A DNA stretch of 63,083 nt, filler included, from 12 parts of 12 records of this genome joined end to end with filler, not necessarily neighbours in it; one strand, 5' to 3'; positions 13,634-28,418 are shown, numbered from the whole stretch's first letter. Translations and numbers: made by a program. Notes: generated by a model not told the origin, from the sequence alone.

Positions 13634-15234
13634 ATGGTATTGCTTGCAAGGGATATTGCTTGTGATATTTCCAAAGAACCTGTTGAAAGGGTGCGGGCTT
13701 TGTCTGAATTTGGTGCAACCATTGAAGTATCTGCTCAAGTTCCCATTCAGCGTTATGTCCGGTAAATTTCAATATTTTAATCGCTAAATTTTTCGTTGTA
13801 ATCGAAGCTTTTTCTAGATCCGGAAAAGAAGTTTTAAATATGGGAAATGTGTACGTTGATGAAAAGAATTACATCAATGCGTACATTCTGTATAACAAAT
13901 ACATTACGTAAGGATATGAAAACGTTTTTGCGTTATGATATTATTTAGGGCAGTTTTTTAGACTTTTTGTCGAAAAGCTTCCAAAACACCCTGAATACAA
14001 AACGTCACTTGTAGTTAGAGACCCAAACTTGAAAAAGGTGGTTTGTCTGTACGGTTATCTACTACTGTGTGTACTTACATGTGAAATGTTTTAGAAAGTA
14101 GGAACTACTTTTGCTATTGCGGAAGAGCTGAAGAAGAAATTAATTGTCCAATTTAATACCGAATATGAAGAATTCAAAAAGAAAGAAGAAGAACGCTTAA
14201 AAATACAGAAAGAACGAGAAGCAGAGGAAGAGCGGCGACGAAAGCAGGAAGAAGAGGAACGTTTAAGAATATTGAGTGAGTCAGCAACGATCGTTCCACC
14301 AATTGCTCCAACACCACCAACGCCAGATGTACCCTCGTACAACGACATATTTATTCCTAAAGAACATCCAGAATTGCCATCAGAGTACTTATCGTCATAT
14401 AATATTAGTTAGCAATGCTAACTTAGCATCGTTCACAATATTGAATAAGACGAATTCTTTATTTTTAATTACTAATTTAGGGATAAAAATGATACTGGTG
14501 CTGTGGTTTTGCCTCCTTCAGTTGATCGTTCAACAAAGCCTGGAAGTTCCTTTTACTTTGATATAGTAAATGCAGGACCTAATGAGTTTGGTTTTCGAGA
14601 TGTTGTTCTGCCTCGGGATTTATCAAAAAAATTTACCCAGGCCGCTTTATCAAATTCTAATCAGAATATTGAAACTTGTGGTATCCTTTGTGGAACTCTT
14701 AAAGGAAATCAGTTTACAATTTCGCACTGCTTATTACCGAAACAATATGGTACTTCAGATTCTTGCAATACAGTTGGTGAGGAAGATTTGTTTCAATTTC
14801 AAGATACACACGACCTAATTACTCTTGGATGGATTCATGTGAGAGCGTTTTCGAATTTTTTATAAATTTTTTATTTTTATTTTTAGACTCACCCAAGTCA
14901 AACGGCCTTTTTATCAAGTATAGATATGCACACTCATTATCCATACCAATTGATGTTACCAGAAGCTATTGCAATCGTGTGCTCTGTTAAATTTAATGAG
15001 TAAGTTGACTGTTCATAATAATGTATAATAACGTACGCGCACTCAGTAATACAATACATTGTCAATGTTAGGACTGGAATATTTATGCTAACACCTGACA
15101 GAGGTATGGAAGATATAGGAAATTGTCGAGCAAAAGGTCATCACCCTCATTCGAAAGATCCACCTTTGTTTGACACGTGCCCTCATGTAAAATTAACTGA
15201 TTCTATACATTGTGATTTAGTTGATATGCGATAA
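13634..15234 (+). CDS. STAMBP: STAM-binding protein / AMSH JAMM deubiquitinase, 7 exons
   Basis: N-terminal USP8-dimer/MIT-like region ([21 protein letters not shown]), coiled coil, SH3-binding [17 protein letters not shown], and JAMM motif [20 protein letters not shown]. Ends LVDMR*. Confidence 0.95.
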
Positions 15235-15464
15235 ACAGCCGTTCCCCCTCTGTATTTAAATTCCATTGCTTACACTAATTACTACTTATTATACATAATT
15301 GTACGAATATGTACCTAATATTTTATAAACTTTGCTTATTTATAATAAGTTTGCAACTTTTTTAGATTGAATGCCTTACCCTTTATTATTTTCTATAAGG
15401 GATTTTAATTATTGTAGGAAAAAAAAGATAATTATGTGTAAAACTGTCATAACCAAATGGTGAT

Positions 15465-16333
15465 CTAGCTATTCTTCATAAGTTCCAAGTAGAACTGGTC
15501 AACTTCCAGACTTTCCTCGTTAAGCGGAGGAGATTTAGGATCAGGAGTTTCACTCACAAAACGCGCTTCTTTTAATAAATCACCCAAACCAGCGAAATCA
15601 TCATCTAGCAAGCCATCGTTAACAAGGATATCTGGTCCACAAGCAATTTCTTGTTTTGCCTCTGAAATTATATTTGCCATTATTTTATTTTACAATATTG
15701 AAACGAAATTATTTCAAATGCCCGATTTTATACCTGATTCCTTTTCCTCTTGTTTCTTAAGCTTTTCGTCATATTTTGCCCATGGATTCACTGTGCCATC
15801 ATAATCTACGGTATCATCCATCCCCAGTATAGATTTAAATTTGGATATCATAAAACCAACCAAGAAATATTCATCCTTCTTCTTTGAATATTCCATTCTA
15901 ACCTTGCTGAAAGTCCCCAAGATGATTGTCAGTAGCATATTTATAACTACGAAGACAGTTGCTGCAACGAAAGCTATGAAGTACAATGGACCAAGAATTC
16001 TGTCTACTGTTTCAATTTCAGCTAAATTAACTTCACCCAAAATTAATGCAAAAAGTGTTTCTGAACTCGAAACAATGCTCTTGTATGATCTAGTGTATTT
16101 TCCAAAGATTTGATAACCCAGCAGTGCAAAACTAAAGTAAAGGATCACAAAGATGACCATAAATGCTAGTAGGGATTTAGATGCTGTTTTTAGGGTATCT
16201 CCCAACATAGCCACCTTCCTATTAAATCTCAACATCTTCATAAACTTCAGTGTAGCAACGAAACACAAGAAACCATACATCCACATGTATATTTCATCCC
16301 ATTGAGCTATTCTTTGGAAGTTGACGTATTGAT
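15465..16333 (-). CDS. 3' part (last two exons) of a polycystin/TRPP channel-domain protein (PKD1L/PKD2-like); 5' end lost at the contig break
   Basis: YVNFQRIAQWDE, LKFMKMLRFNRK, SFALLGYQIFG, TLFALILG, DRILGPLYF and INMLLTII match the polycystin cation-channel helices. Confidence 0.85.
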
Positions 16334-16959
16334 CTACAAGTGAAGAATTTCTACATTAAATTTATTATTATTATTATTATTAATAANNNNNNNNNNNNNN
16401 NNNNNNNNNNNNNNNNNNNNNNNNNNNNNNTTAATTAATTAANNNNNNNNNNNNNNNNNNNNNNNNNNNNNNNNNNNNNNNNNNNNGACGTGTTTCGCAT
16501 GCACTGTCTGAGAAAGTCACTTTCTTCCATACCAATAATCACGTGTTTGCATTTAGAAATGACTTGGCCAGCTACAGTAAAGCTATACCCATATCATCCT
16601 AATTTTGAGCCTCCTACGAATGTCCTATCAAATTAGAACACCTTTTCAAAATTTTGTAACTCTAGCCATAACATGCAAAAAATACCTACTAAAATTATCC
16701 TGCACCTCAATGAAAACATATACCACTATATACAAATTGTATAATACAATATACATACAATTGAATTAATTCATAGGCCTACTATACTACTTGGTGGAAT
16801 ATATCAATAATGTACTAATAATAAGTATACCAATAAATATATGTAAATGAGGTTAATGTTGTGTAGGACTGCATAAATTATTGTTAATATTATTAATAAA
16901 ACAATGGAACGGTAATAACATTCTCTATATAATTATTAAAACATGATGCCACTACAATG

Positions 16960-16967
16960 TGACGTCA
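16960..16967 (+). promoter_or_regulatory. Perfect CRE palindrome TGACGTCA about 80 bp upstream of the first IL-17-like ATG
   Basis: Exact 8-mer seen in sequence. A one-mismatch version (TGATGTCA, 18502-18509) precedes the second gene. Confidence 0.35.
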
Positions 16968-17046
16968 GAGAAATCCGCAAAAGGGCATATTCAAAAACTC
17001 GACCTGTCTCAGTTACTTAGTACATTTCTTTTTGTCTTCAAGATCC

Positions 17047-17792
17047 ATGGAGTACCATAACGGAATTAATAAATTATTTTTTATGTCTATTATGTACTTT
17101 ATAATAAGTTCTGCATATAAGGTTAGTGGAACCTTTCCTGGAATTGACTTGGAAAATGAAGTCAGGTTAACCCTTGGTACAAAAATGATTTCCATGGTAA
17201 GTTGCTAGGGTTTTGTTCATTTACCAATTATTATTATTAATAACATGCGTTCCAATAGGGTAACAAAAAGAGCGTTGCTTGGATGGATGGCAAATGTAAT
17301 ATGACCATTGATGAAAAGATAGATATGTATTCAAAGATACGGGAAAAAGTTCTGCTAGGTGAAATGATACCAACATCAGATGCTTTGGATAATCCAAGTC
17401 TAGGAACTGGTCCCTATATAGTACAGATGAGTGGTACGAACGTCATTGAAGATGAAGTAAGCAACAACCGTGAAGTTAGCAAGCCGGTATCAAAGAAGGT
17501 GTCGAATACCTTCATTCTGGATGAAAAAACGTGGATACCCCATGAGGTGGAGAATTCAGTACAATGTGACCATGACCAGTCAGACAGACCATGCTGTAAT
17601 ACTATTGCAGGTGAAGAAAACTTAACGTTTAGAGAAACAACGGTGGTTAGACAGCCTAGGTTATTTCTAAAAAGAACTGTTAATTCAGCAAGTAACAACT
17701 GTTCGTATGAACCATTTATTTTAAAAGTACCAATTGGATGCGTTTGTAGTCTTGTCAAAATTGACAGAGGTAATCAATGTTCTACACACTAA
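17047..17792 (+). CDS. Secreted cystine-knot protein, IL-17-like gene 1 (exons 17047-17196, 17259-17792)
   Basis: Hydrophobic N-terminus (LFFMSIMYFIISSA) and a phase-0 intron. The C-terminal WIPHEVENSVQC..PCC..QPRLFLKR..CSYEPFILKVPIGCVC matches the IL-17 pattern (P..I.EA.C..GC..VLRR..V.VGCTC). Confidence 0.7.
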
Positions 17793-18627
17793 AAGTGAAT
17801 CATAACGACTACCATTGATGTTACTTTTAATAATAAAGGCAGGTACCTAAATAGTGATTGTTATTATTATTTTATCAATTAATAATAATATTTGAGACTA
17901 AATGATTATGTATTTCAATGGTTGGGTCTGGCTTTTCGTAGCAATTGCTGAAAACTGACTAGGAAGGGCTTTTTGCTATGAATTTTTATTTTGGAGATTG
18001 TATATATGTATTTGTTCATTTTTATAAAATTAGTAAAAAAATTTATGTGAATTTCATGAATTTGAAATATTTCAATATATGTCATAATTATTAATAATTT
18101 ATTTGTTTTGTCGTTGTATGTGATCTTTTTTTTAAAAAATTTATTCTGCTGGCCAGAATAATATTGTAAATTCTGGCAATACAGTAACTTAATGATAATA
18201 TTATTTATTAATAATAAGAACTTCCTGCCTTTTAATATTATTTTAGCCAGATTATTTTTGCTTTTTAAAATTATTTGACTAGTTTTAATAATAAATAGCC
18301 AGAAGCATAAACTTTGTCATAATTATTTCGTAACACCAAAACGATTGTCCATGTGTGAATGTAAAAAGAGCAAGAACAATTAGCGGAGGAGGCCTACATC
18401 CATGAGCTGATTTGCCAATAAACCCCAATGACAGGGAATATGAGGGTAGGTAGGTGACTTAATTGATTGTTCCTTCCTGATCGGAGGTTGAAACCACACA
18501 ATGATGTCATTAGACACTCCAAGCTTACAATAAATAGTCAAGCATATTCTTACTAGCTCGTATTATTTATTTACAACAGAAGTTAGCAAAATTCTGGCTG
18601 ATCAATCTGTTGGTTCGAAACATCAAA

Positions 18628-19719
18628 ATGAACTTCTCCGTTTATTCACTCATCATGTTATTAACCTGTACCTTCACAATCTCTGTTTCAAAAAAGCAGG
18701 TAAAAAGTCAAATGCAATTATTATTACTAATACATTACTAACCAGAATTATGTAATATCTTAAATAGTAATAAATAATACAAGTTAAAGTTATTAACTCA
18801 TAACGTTATTCAAAAACTAACTAAGATATAATATATAATTTTAAAATATAATTATATATAAAATTAATAATTAAGCTTTCTATGTAAAGGGCTGTAGTAT
18901 TTACGAAAAAGAAAAGATACTTCAAACTAAGATTTTAAAAGAAAAGGCTAAAGACGTGGAAGATATTGAAGAATATAATGAGACTTTCATTGAAGAGTAC
19001 AAGAAATTTTGGCACAACAAAAGCGACAAACATATGTATCCAAGTTCTGAGAAAAGATCTTCATTGTTGGACACGGTGACATCCTCATTACAAGTGACAA
19101 TTTCAGCCATGGCTCCTTGGACAGACATTCTTCATGACCTTTCTGAAGGAAATAATGTCAAGAACTTCAAAAACCAGAAGGGTTTCAGATACTGGCCTGA
19201 AATGGCAACTATGGCCATATGCCTGAATGAGTAAGTACCTACGTTTTCAACATTGCGGAATTTCCACAAATTTAGTCAAAATTTGAAACTTTCAGCAAAA
19301 ATGAAATGTGCCAAATTGGTGATGACATACCAAAGCAAATGTACAATGATGATGAATGGGATGCCACTGCAAAGGCAGAACTTAGAACAGACTACTTTTT
19401 AAGAAACAATATATCTGGAAATTCAGCAGATAAATGCGAGGATTATAAGTTGGTTCAAATCAGATATCCTGCGTATTGCGCCTGTATTCTTTCTCGAAAG
19501 GATAAGGATGGAGATGACAAATCCAAGCTTTCACGCGCACAAGTCAAGTCACATATTGGATCTTCTCACGAACTCAACAGAAAGAGCATGAGAAAATTGT
19601 CAAACAAGAATACATACCGAGTAGCAAACTCTTATTATAGGCCTGGTCAGCTTCAGCAACTTTTTCAAAATTACAAAACAAATTTACATGATTTTTCATA
19701 TAATTATTACTACTATTAA
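18628..19719 (+). CDS. Secreted cystine-knot protein, IL-17-like gene 2 (exons 18628-18699, 18890-19230, 19296-19719)
   Basis: Signal peptide MNFSVYSLIMLLTCTFTISVS, then SAMAPW..RYWPEMATMAIC..MC..YFLR..C..YKLVQIRYPAYCAC. The splice phases are compatible. Carries a basic C-terminal tail. Confidence 0.65.
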
Positions 19720-19824
19720 TAATATCTAAAAGTCATGATGCTTTATGTTGCTGTTTCTCGAATCTCGATGCTATACTTATTAATTAGTTAATGAGGAAAA
19801 TATTATATATAATAAATACTAAAT

Positions 19825-22800
19825 TCATTTATCAGCCAAACTTAATTGAACAAATTTTAAAACTGAGTCTAAACAAGGAATAATACCTTCATCCAAATAA
19901 CCAAAATGAACAAATACTTTACACAGTTTCTTAAACAGATCTTCTTGACATTCAACTTGTTGTGCTGACAGCTAAAATCAATGGCAACTATTATTAATAA
20001 TAACTACCAACACATTATTTATGAGAGGAATACATACTTGACAAATGCTATTTAAAAAGTTGGCAAAAACGTCAACGTATTCTGCTGGCAAGAGGGCAAA
20101 CAGCATCTTCGTTAGACCCTAAAGATATCGTGCATAGCATCACCTTAGAAAAAATTCAATTAATACTTACTCCTAGCAAGTGATGCATCTGTTCATTGAA
20201 TTCAGAAGAACCTGGTTTCTTTTTCAAAAAAATGTAAAATTCCGAATTTTGGATAAACTTAAAGCTAAAAAGCAGTAGTAATTCATTATTATGAACACTC
20301 AATTGACTTATTAAGTAATTTAAGTAATTTACTTCAACAATAAATGATCTCTCGATAATTTTATCGGATAGTATCGATCCTTTAAAACTTCAATGCTTTC
20401 AATTGTTGCCATATCTGGTAGTATACATGGCAAGGACATTGTTTGAAAGGCACCATTTACCAACAAAGATGCTGTAGCCCCGGAAATTTCGCTTGCTGAT
20501 TTAATGTCTTTGACACACAGCAAACCAGGAATGGTGCTTTTGACATATAAGTGTCGGAGAGCTTGCAAATGTCGTCTATTGTCATTTGGATTGTCAGGAT
20601 ATATTGGCCAAAAGGAAAGAAGCAGACAAATCAATGAAATATCACTGGCACTTGAAATTGTCATCTTGCAGCCGCCCATGAAGTTCAGGCCTAATGCCAT
20701 ATGGACTGCCATGTGATGTCCATATGTGACTTGAGGAAAGTGAGAAGAATCCAGTCTTTTTCTTAGAGCACGACAAAGCCTTAAAACTGTAAGATCGCCA
20801 GAACCAGCCATCACCAATGCCAAAGAAGTAACAATCATTACGATATAATTGTTATAATCTTTCTGAATACATGTTTCTGATTTCATATAAGATTTACTTT
20901 CAATTGCTTCTTTCGCTTTGGTTGTCAATAACTGGTAAGCATCTCTGTCTTGGGTACCAGCATATTTTAATCCAATACAAAAGTATACAGTACCAAGGGC
21001 TACCAACCAGGATTGCCTGTGAAAAGAATTTAAAATACTTACATGGTATATTTTAAAAATTGAAACTATAAAACTACAAATTTAATACAAATCATTTAAA
21101 ATTTTTTAATTATTTAAAATTTGTAATAACTCAATAAAATTAAAAATTTTTAACTTCAAACTATAAAACTACACATTTAGTACAACTTATTTAAAATTTT
21201 TTAATTATTTAACACTTTTTAATAACTCAATAAAATTATTCCTTTGAAATTTAAATTAGCCTACATCATATTATTAGAACTTTAAATTTTTAAAATCTTC
21301 ATTCAATATCTACCCGAAAAGTTCCTCATCAACATCAGCTTGACTGCTTATGGGCAGTATAGAGTTAACCTTTTGTTCAAGGGCGGAGGTGGTAGTAGGA
21401 ATACTTTGAGTCATTCGTTTTATAATATTAAACTTTGAATTAATTGCAAATTCAATCCATGATTTAGGGATGATCAAATTAACCCAGCTATCATATGGAC
21501 AAATCAGTGACCAATTTATCAAAGCCTTGGCAATAACTTTTGATACATAAAATTCGGGCTTACTCTTTGACAAGTGACCTAATGTATGTGGGAAATCAAA
21601 CCAGGAAGAAACTGTCCTACAAAGAATCTCAATATCACTTCGTTATTTATTGACTGTTCATTATGCAACTGCGTCAATCAAGAGTTATTCATTATGCGTA
21701 CGACGTCGACAGACTTCAATATTCTCAGACCTACTTACCTATTATTGGACTGGTAGAACATCAGTCCAAGAGCAATTGCTGCGGGGGCGAAGGAAATGCC
21801 TAAATTTGCCATACCATGATCCAGAATTACCTCAGAAACTTGCTTCTAAAACATTATTATTTTTGATTATTATCTTCTTTATGAATATTATTATAAATTT
21901 AATTTATTAAATTAGTATATATTTATATTACTAAATTTTAAATTAAATTAAACTTCTAAATTATCAAATTTTATTAAATTAGTATTTTTAAATTAGTAAT
22001 TAGTATTTATTAAATTTGTATCTATTTCTTAAATTAATAAGAGTAATAATTTTTTGTACAACAGACCATTCTTCTGGGAGCAGTGGGTTCTGAAGGTGGA
22101 AGTTTCTTGCCTTCCAATATGAGATGAAGACGATCTGTTATACTTGCTTCATAACGATCTTGGTTGCCTCCAGCAAGGACCATGTCCCCGTAACGGATGT
22201 TTATCATTCCAAGAGCAAAACCAGCACAAAGACAATAAGCTTCTCGTTCAGAATTGGCACCAAATGAACAGGAAATGTCACGAGATATTTCGGACAGTAG
22301 AATTTGAGATAAGTGAATATGCCGCAAACCAAATTGAATAATTCCTAAGCCAACCAACGCAGCACATTGGACTGTGGGGTGGAAATTTAAATCTATTGTC
22401 ATATCAGGAAAAAAGGCCGGAATATGCATGGTCAAGGTTCTTGCTATTGTGGTATCTACCTTACCAAATCTACAACATAGAAACGTCATGTATTTGAACA
22501 ATATCTCTGAGGTGCAATAGCCACTATAGTTTACTTACTTTGAAGATGCCAAGCCAAGTAAAATACTGATGCTAACATTGTTGTCATGCTACAGCACAAA
22601 ATATCCGACATTATTAATTAATTTATATTAAAAAAGTGCGTAATTAGATTTAACGCTAAAAGCTGGCGTTGTTAAAATAAATTTTAAATCAATTCAAATA
22701 ATGGAAAAACTAAAGTTTACCTTAAGCAAATACTTGGTAATTTCCAGTGGTGTAAGTTTTGACAAAAACCCATTCAACCCAAGGCCAAAAAGAAAGCCAG

Positions 22801-25800
22801 CACCACCTTCATCTGTAAGGCCAGAATCCTCATCATCCTGGTCAGTATCTTCATTTCTAAGATGCAGTCTATGGTCTATCTTGAAGAGCAAGTATTCCTC
22901 AATAATTTCAGCTGTAATCTTTGTTGAAGGATCATTGACATCAAAACTATTGGCGATCTCCAAAGCAGCAGCAACACCATTATGATACTTAGGCCAAGCT
23001 TGCAAGTCATCAAGAGTCTCTTTTTTCAAGAAAAATTCTGTGTTCCTCAAAAATTAGCTCATATCATGTTGACTGTTACATAAGTTTTAATGTAATTTAA
23101 TGGTATTCATACTTCGGTGGAGTAACACCATTAAAATTAACTGCTGCAAAGTCAAAATCTCCTGTTGGAATGGCATATTTTTTCGTTCTCAATTTCTTCA
23201 TACCTCTAAAGGAATTCTGTTAACGAATAATAAACTCTTTGCTACAAACAGGCTTAAATAACTAACCTGCCAATGCAAGTAGATATGTTTCGTAAGACAT
23301 GGCATAGCAACAGTTTATTCCTGGCTTCCAAGAACTCTTCATCACTAAAGTTTACACAATGAGCACGAAAAGATGTGACATCTATTTGCATTTTATTGTT
23401 AAAAACCTGCAATTAGATGTCTACCTATGTCTATGAGAAATTCTCTCACCTTTGCATTTCAGAACGATGGATAGGAACTAAGCATGGTTTGTTAGATGAA
23501 AGGATGCAATCAACCAATTGAACTCTGAAATCATCTGCAAATAATTCTGAATACAACTCCAAACTGGTACTTTCATCTTTCGTGTCACTCTCATCCTTCA
23601 AACTGTCCAATTTTCCACCAAGAAGGTATACCAAATCTTCTCTTCCAACAACTTTGAAGAGAACTATGAGCTTGTCAACTTCTTCAATGAAATCAATAGT
23701 ATCTAAGTGAGCAAGAGCATGGTTTGCACATAATGCAGAACAAAATTGTAGAAAGAATTGGAATGCAGGAGAACATGAAAGTCTCTTGAATGCCATTTGA
23801 TCTGTTAATCCTCCTTCATGGATAAAATATTCCATAGCTTTAAAAGGTCTCAAGTAAAAGTTTCCAGAGGATTGGAATAACTTTAAAGTATTCAAAATTA
23901 AAGAACCAAAGGGATAGATTAATAATGGCCACTCACTGTCTTGAGAACTTCCAGCAGATAAAAGTCTGTCAGAGAAAAAATTAACAGATGGAACAACGCT
24001 TAATTGTAACGACGAGCGAATGTTTTTAAATAAATTCTTCTTAACACATGTAGCTAATAGTTCTGTATAGTTTGGTGATTTAACAGTTTGTTCAATGGTC
24101 CAAATAGCATTAAATAAAATGTTGTAATCCTGAACAATACTACATTGAAATGTCATGCTTTGTAAACAAGATAAAATTACAGGTATGTATTCATATAAAT
24201 AGGCGGATTTTGTTTCAGGTAAGGGGATCTCAGCAAAATTGTCCACACTTGTATAACCAATTAATTCCCTCAGAAATTCCCAATCAGAAGTCATCAAAGC
24301 ACCAGAGTTCAACCGCTTTCTCTTGTTTGCTGTCTCATCAATCTCGTTATTATAATCTAAACCTATAAACTTTAAGTAAGGAAACATCGACATCTTTTAA
24401 TAGGAACTACCTGACAAAAACGCTATCTTTTCACATTTATAGCCCATTCCTTCAAACAAAACTTGAAAGAAAGCGTTCACTTCATCAGAAGTGTTAAATG
24501 ATCGAGCAAAGGTTAAATTATTTTTTCGAATATACCAATCGCTGTATAATCTAACAAACGTGTCATTTGGGAAGTTATCTTTGAGCACATTTAAAAGTGA
24601 AATTAGAAACTTTGATGTGCATGCCGAGGGTATTTGTACAACGTATTTTTCTTTATGGATAGTTTCCATGATGAGGCTTTGATGACCAAGAACTTTCAAA
24701 GCAGAAATTGCTATGCTGTCATTATTATTAACATTTCTGCTAGGTTCAGGAAGGACGGGTGAAACAAATTCCTCAGGATTCTAAAAATTACTTATATTTC
24801 AATTAATATTTAAATAATTTTAAATAAATTTTAAATAATATAATATTTATCAAAGTTATGTTATTAACAATTATTGTTACTATAGTATAGTTAATTGGTA
24901 GAGGTTAATTAATAACATCTTTTACAGGTTCGTTGAACAAAGAGGTTTTCTTGACTTGATGATTTGATGGAGTTGCATGTTTTGGAGCATTAACCAGACT
25001 CATGTTCTTAAACAACTGTTGTGTCTTTTTGATCAAAGAAAATTTCCATTGAAGGTGGGTTATCTAAAGCGTTCCAATTAAAGGTCCATATTTTTAGGGT
25101 TTTAATAATAAAGATTGTGTCTAATAAAAATATTATATAATTTGATAACAAAAAATGATAATAATTAATAATAATAAATGCTCACTTTTGACAAACCACT
25201 ATACAAGCACAGTGACGAATCGTTCTGTAAAACAGCCATAAATGGTAAATTCTAAAATTTTTGATTATGCCAGACATTAATAATTTATGTAACTATAATT
25301 ATTATAGTATAATACATTGTAAAAATATACCGGAAACACCACCACATCTTTTACTTCTCGTATCACTGTAGGAATCTCTGATAGAAATCTAGGCCTGGAG
25401 TTTTTGTAAGATCCCAGGACAGGAAGACATTCAAATTCTAACAGACAAATTTCTTCGCTGTCTTTCAAAAAATATCCCAACCAAGATTTCCCATGAATAT
25501 CTTGATGACAAAAAAATGAGGAAGCACAAGGACTTTTGACTCCAGAAGACTTTCGATCAGGCCAAGACCAAACCTTTTCAATACAAACATCAGGAGCTAA
25601 AGGCTCAATGTAATCCATTGCAAAAGAATCGTAGGTTTTATTGTCAAATGTTTGAAATGACAAATTTTTGGCACTAAGCAAATTACTATTTAATAACGGT
25701 GTTTTTCTAAGTAATGGTGTCCTGGCAGAAAGAGTGGATGCATAACTGCCACGATGATGGCTTTCTTGCCGCAGTGAAACCTTCTTAGCTGAAGCTGGAG

Positions 25801-26869
25801 TTCCTACATAATGGGCAGATGCTCCTCCGAGCATATAACTTCTTTGAGGAGTTAGTGGTACTTTCAGTAAACCACTCTTTGATGCCGCACCATGTTTAGG
25901 AAGAAAGACACATTCATGATCTGTAGGATCACCATGAAGCAGCAACAGATCATTAGATTCAATTTTACGAATGATTAAAATTTCATGAACTTGATAGACT
26001 GTGTCATAGGCCAGCAGAAAGAGAACCTTTACTATATCAGGGTTATTTCCATCATAAACTGTGCAAGAGTCAACAAACATGAAGTGAGATTCTTTTTGGA
26101 AATCAACAATCCCATCACGAGCTAAAACAGCGACATCTTTTTAGGTATTCGAAATTTCGAAAACATACAGATAATAACAGGTCGACATTCTTCCAAAGGA
26201 TGAAATATTGAAAATAAGTTTGCAACATCTGCATAAGATCCAACATTTTTTCTTTGTATTAGCAAACCTCCAGGAAATGTAAAGATGTTCGAAACCTATC
26301 AATAATCGAAGATATTTGTAATTTAATTAATTAAGACTATGAATTAAAATTAATTAATTAAGACTGTGAATTAAATTTAATTAACTAAGACCGTACCATA
26401 AAATTTACAGCCATTATGAACTCTTCTCCTGATTCTGAGTATACCAAGATATTAATATCATCCTTCAGAATACATATACTTCGAAAATGACCGGTTGTAT
26501 CTGTTAGCGCATGTTCACTATCAAGAGTAAAGCTAGCGAACATTGCTCTTCGAGAATTTGGTATGCTGAAAACTTTTTTCACTTTACCACTAATTCCAGA
26601 AGAACTAACTTTAGAAAGAATAACTGCTGAACTACAAAGAAAAATTTCTTCACAGTTCTTTGAGTAAGATGAGTCACATTCTATTATGTCCTACAAACAA
26701 GACATTATTATTATGGCAAACATGTTGCTGCAAAATCAAATTCTATTAATAGCATTTATAAAAATTTATTGAGTCTTACATCTCCTTCTTGTAGTAATCC
26801 TAAATTTGATTCACGAACACAGTTTGCCCCATGTGGTTTGAAAGGTTTTGGTTCTACTGTTATAACCAT
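19825..26869 (-). CDS. ANAPC1: Anaphase-promoting complex subunit 1, multi-exon (an alternative in-frame ATG lies at 26878)
   Basis: WPKYHNGVAAAL, GFLFGLGLNG, TLTMHIPAFFP, VQCAALVGLG, REAYCLCAGFALGMI, IGLKYAGT, VMAGSGDLTVLR, YGHHMAVHMALG and DNRRHLQALRHLY (PC-repeat region). The introns checked in the 3' half are canonical. Confidence 0.95.
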
Positions 26870-28418
26870 TTTTGTCATGTTAAGATCATTCCTAATGATA
26901 AAATAACTTGGAAAATATCATTTCTATTTACAAGCTTACTCAAACATACCAGAAGAAAAAGACAAATGCCAATAATAACAAATACAGTGTAAAAACAGAA
27001 CAGTGACTTATTTTGACTAAAACATAGCACCATAATCAGAAATTGTTAATATATATGCAAGATCAATAAATATTCATTAAAAATAAAAGGGAATGAAGAT
27101 TTTAGCATGCATATGTAAAATACTTATTGACATTATAAGCCATAATACTAATGATTGAATAACAATTTGATACAATACAGTAATAGACTATATATTACTC
27201 TACACGATAAAATATTTTATATATTATTAACACATATTGATAGTAGTACTGTAGTACATATTGAAAGTTTTATTGTTAATAACTTAATAATGCAGTCAAG
27301 GCTCAATCATAACTCTGCTTTGCATATACCATGTAGTATTTCGAATGGATGACTGTTATGCTTCTGTTTTCATTGGTTATTGATTTTACTGTTGTTAAAT
27401 AAATAGCACGGCCCGTGCTGTACGGGATAACAAAGAATGTAATGATTCATGGTAACGTAATTAGTAATTACATGGTAACTTAATGCCTAAAGGTTAGGGC
27501 CCTAGACTTTTGATTTAATAACCATAAAAGTTATGGGCTTTATGTTAATAATAACATGAGCCATGTTACATATATTAAGTATATAATTGTTCAAAAAATG
27601 AAATGTAAATAAAAGCAATAACCACGAACTGAACATAAAAACTTAGCGTGATCATTTCATTGATCAGTATTTGCCTTGTATTGAATCAATACTACTGATT
27701 GTATCGTACATACATATTTACATATTTACAAGTTTTACAGTATCGATAATAATAATAAACAATGTATATATTGAAAAATTTACATGATTTTGCTATACAT
27801 GTACCGTACATGATGTACATGTACCNNNNNNNNNNNNNNNNNNNNNNNNNNNNNNNNNNNNNNNNNNNNTTAATTAATTAANNNNNNNNNNNNNNNNNNN
27901 NNNNNNNNNNNNNNNNNNNNNNNNNAAAAAAAAAATTTTTGAGACACCCTAGTGTTACATCACTATTGATCATTATGTAATGAGAAGTAGAGGGGTTAAA
28001 TTTTGCATGTTTTTGACAAACTTTCTCAAATTTTACCCCCAACTAGGTGACGTCTATTAACATTGTGTACATAAGATAGATGTCAGGTAGTCAAGCCACC
28101 AAATAATCAAATGGTATTAATTAAACATCTACTGTTAATTAGTTATTCCAAATTAGTTTTAGTGTTATACTCAAACAAATGCAGAGACATCTTTTTTTCA
28201 ATACATTTTTACATGTAACTTTATTTTAAGCTGATTTTGAGAATTCACATTTTATTTTTGATAATTTTATTTTAGTGTACTACAGACTGTAGTACAGTAT
28301 AGTAACTACACAGTGTGTATATAAATGACATTGTACTTTTAAAAGAGCAATGAAAGCTATATTAGACGTAATTACTAGAAATGCACGTTCAAAGTATAAA
28401 AATAGTGATTTTTTTTAG

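Noticed and set aside
20144-20170. Apparent 27-nt intron in ANAPC1
   Set aside because: That acceptor leads to a premature stop. A 52-nt intron using the next AG keeps the frame open to the following exon.
21060-21240. Tandem duplication in an ANAPC1 intron as further RIP-like evidence
   Set aside because: The copies differ by a mix of transversions, transitions and a small indel, so they do not show the signature. They may serve as an internal control.
27405-27426. GCACGGCCCGTGC hairpin as a Helitron 3' end
   Set aside because: No adjacent CTRR terminus or other Helitron features.
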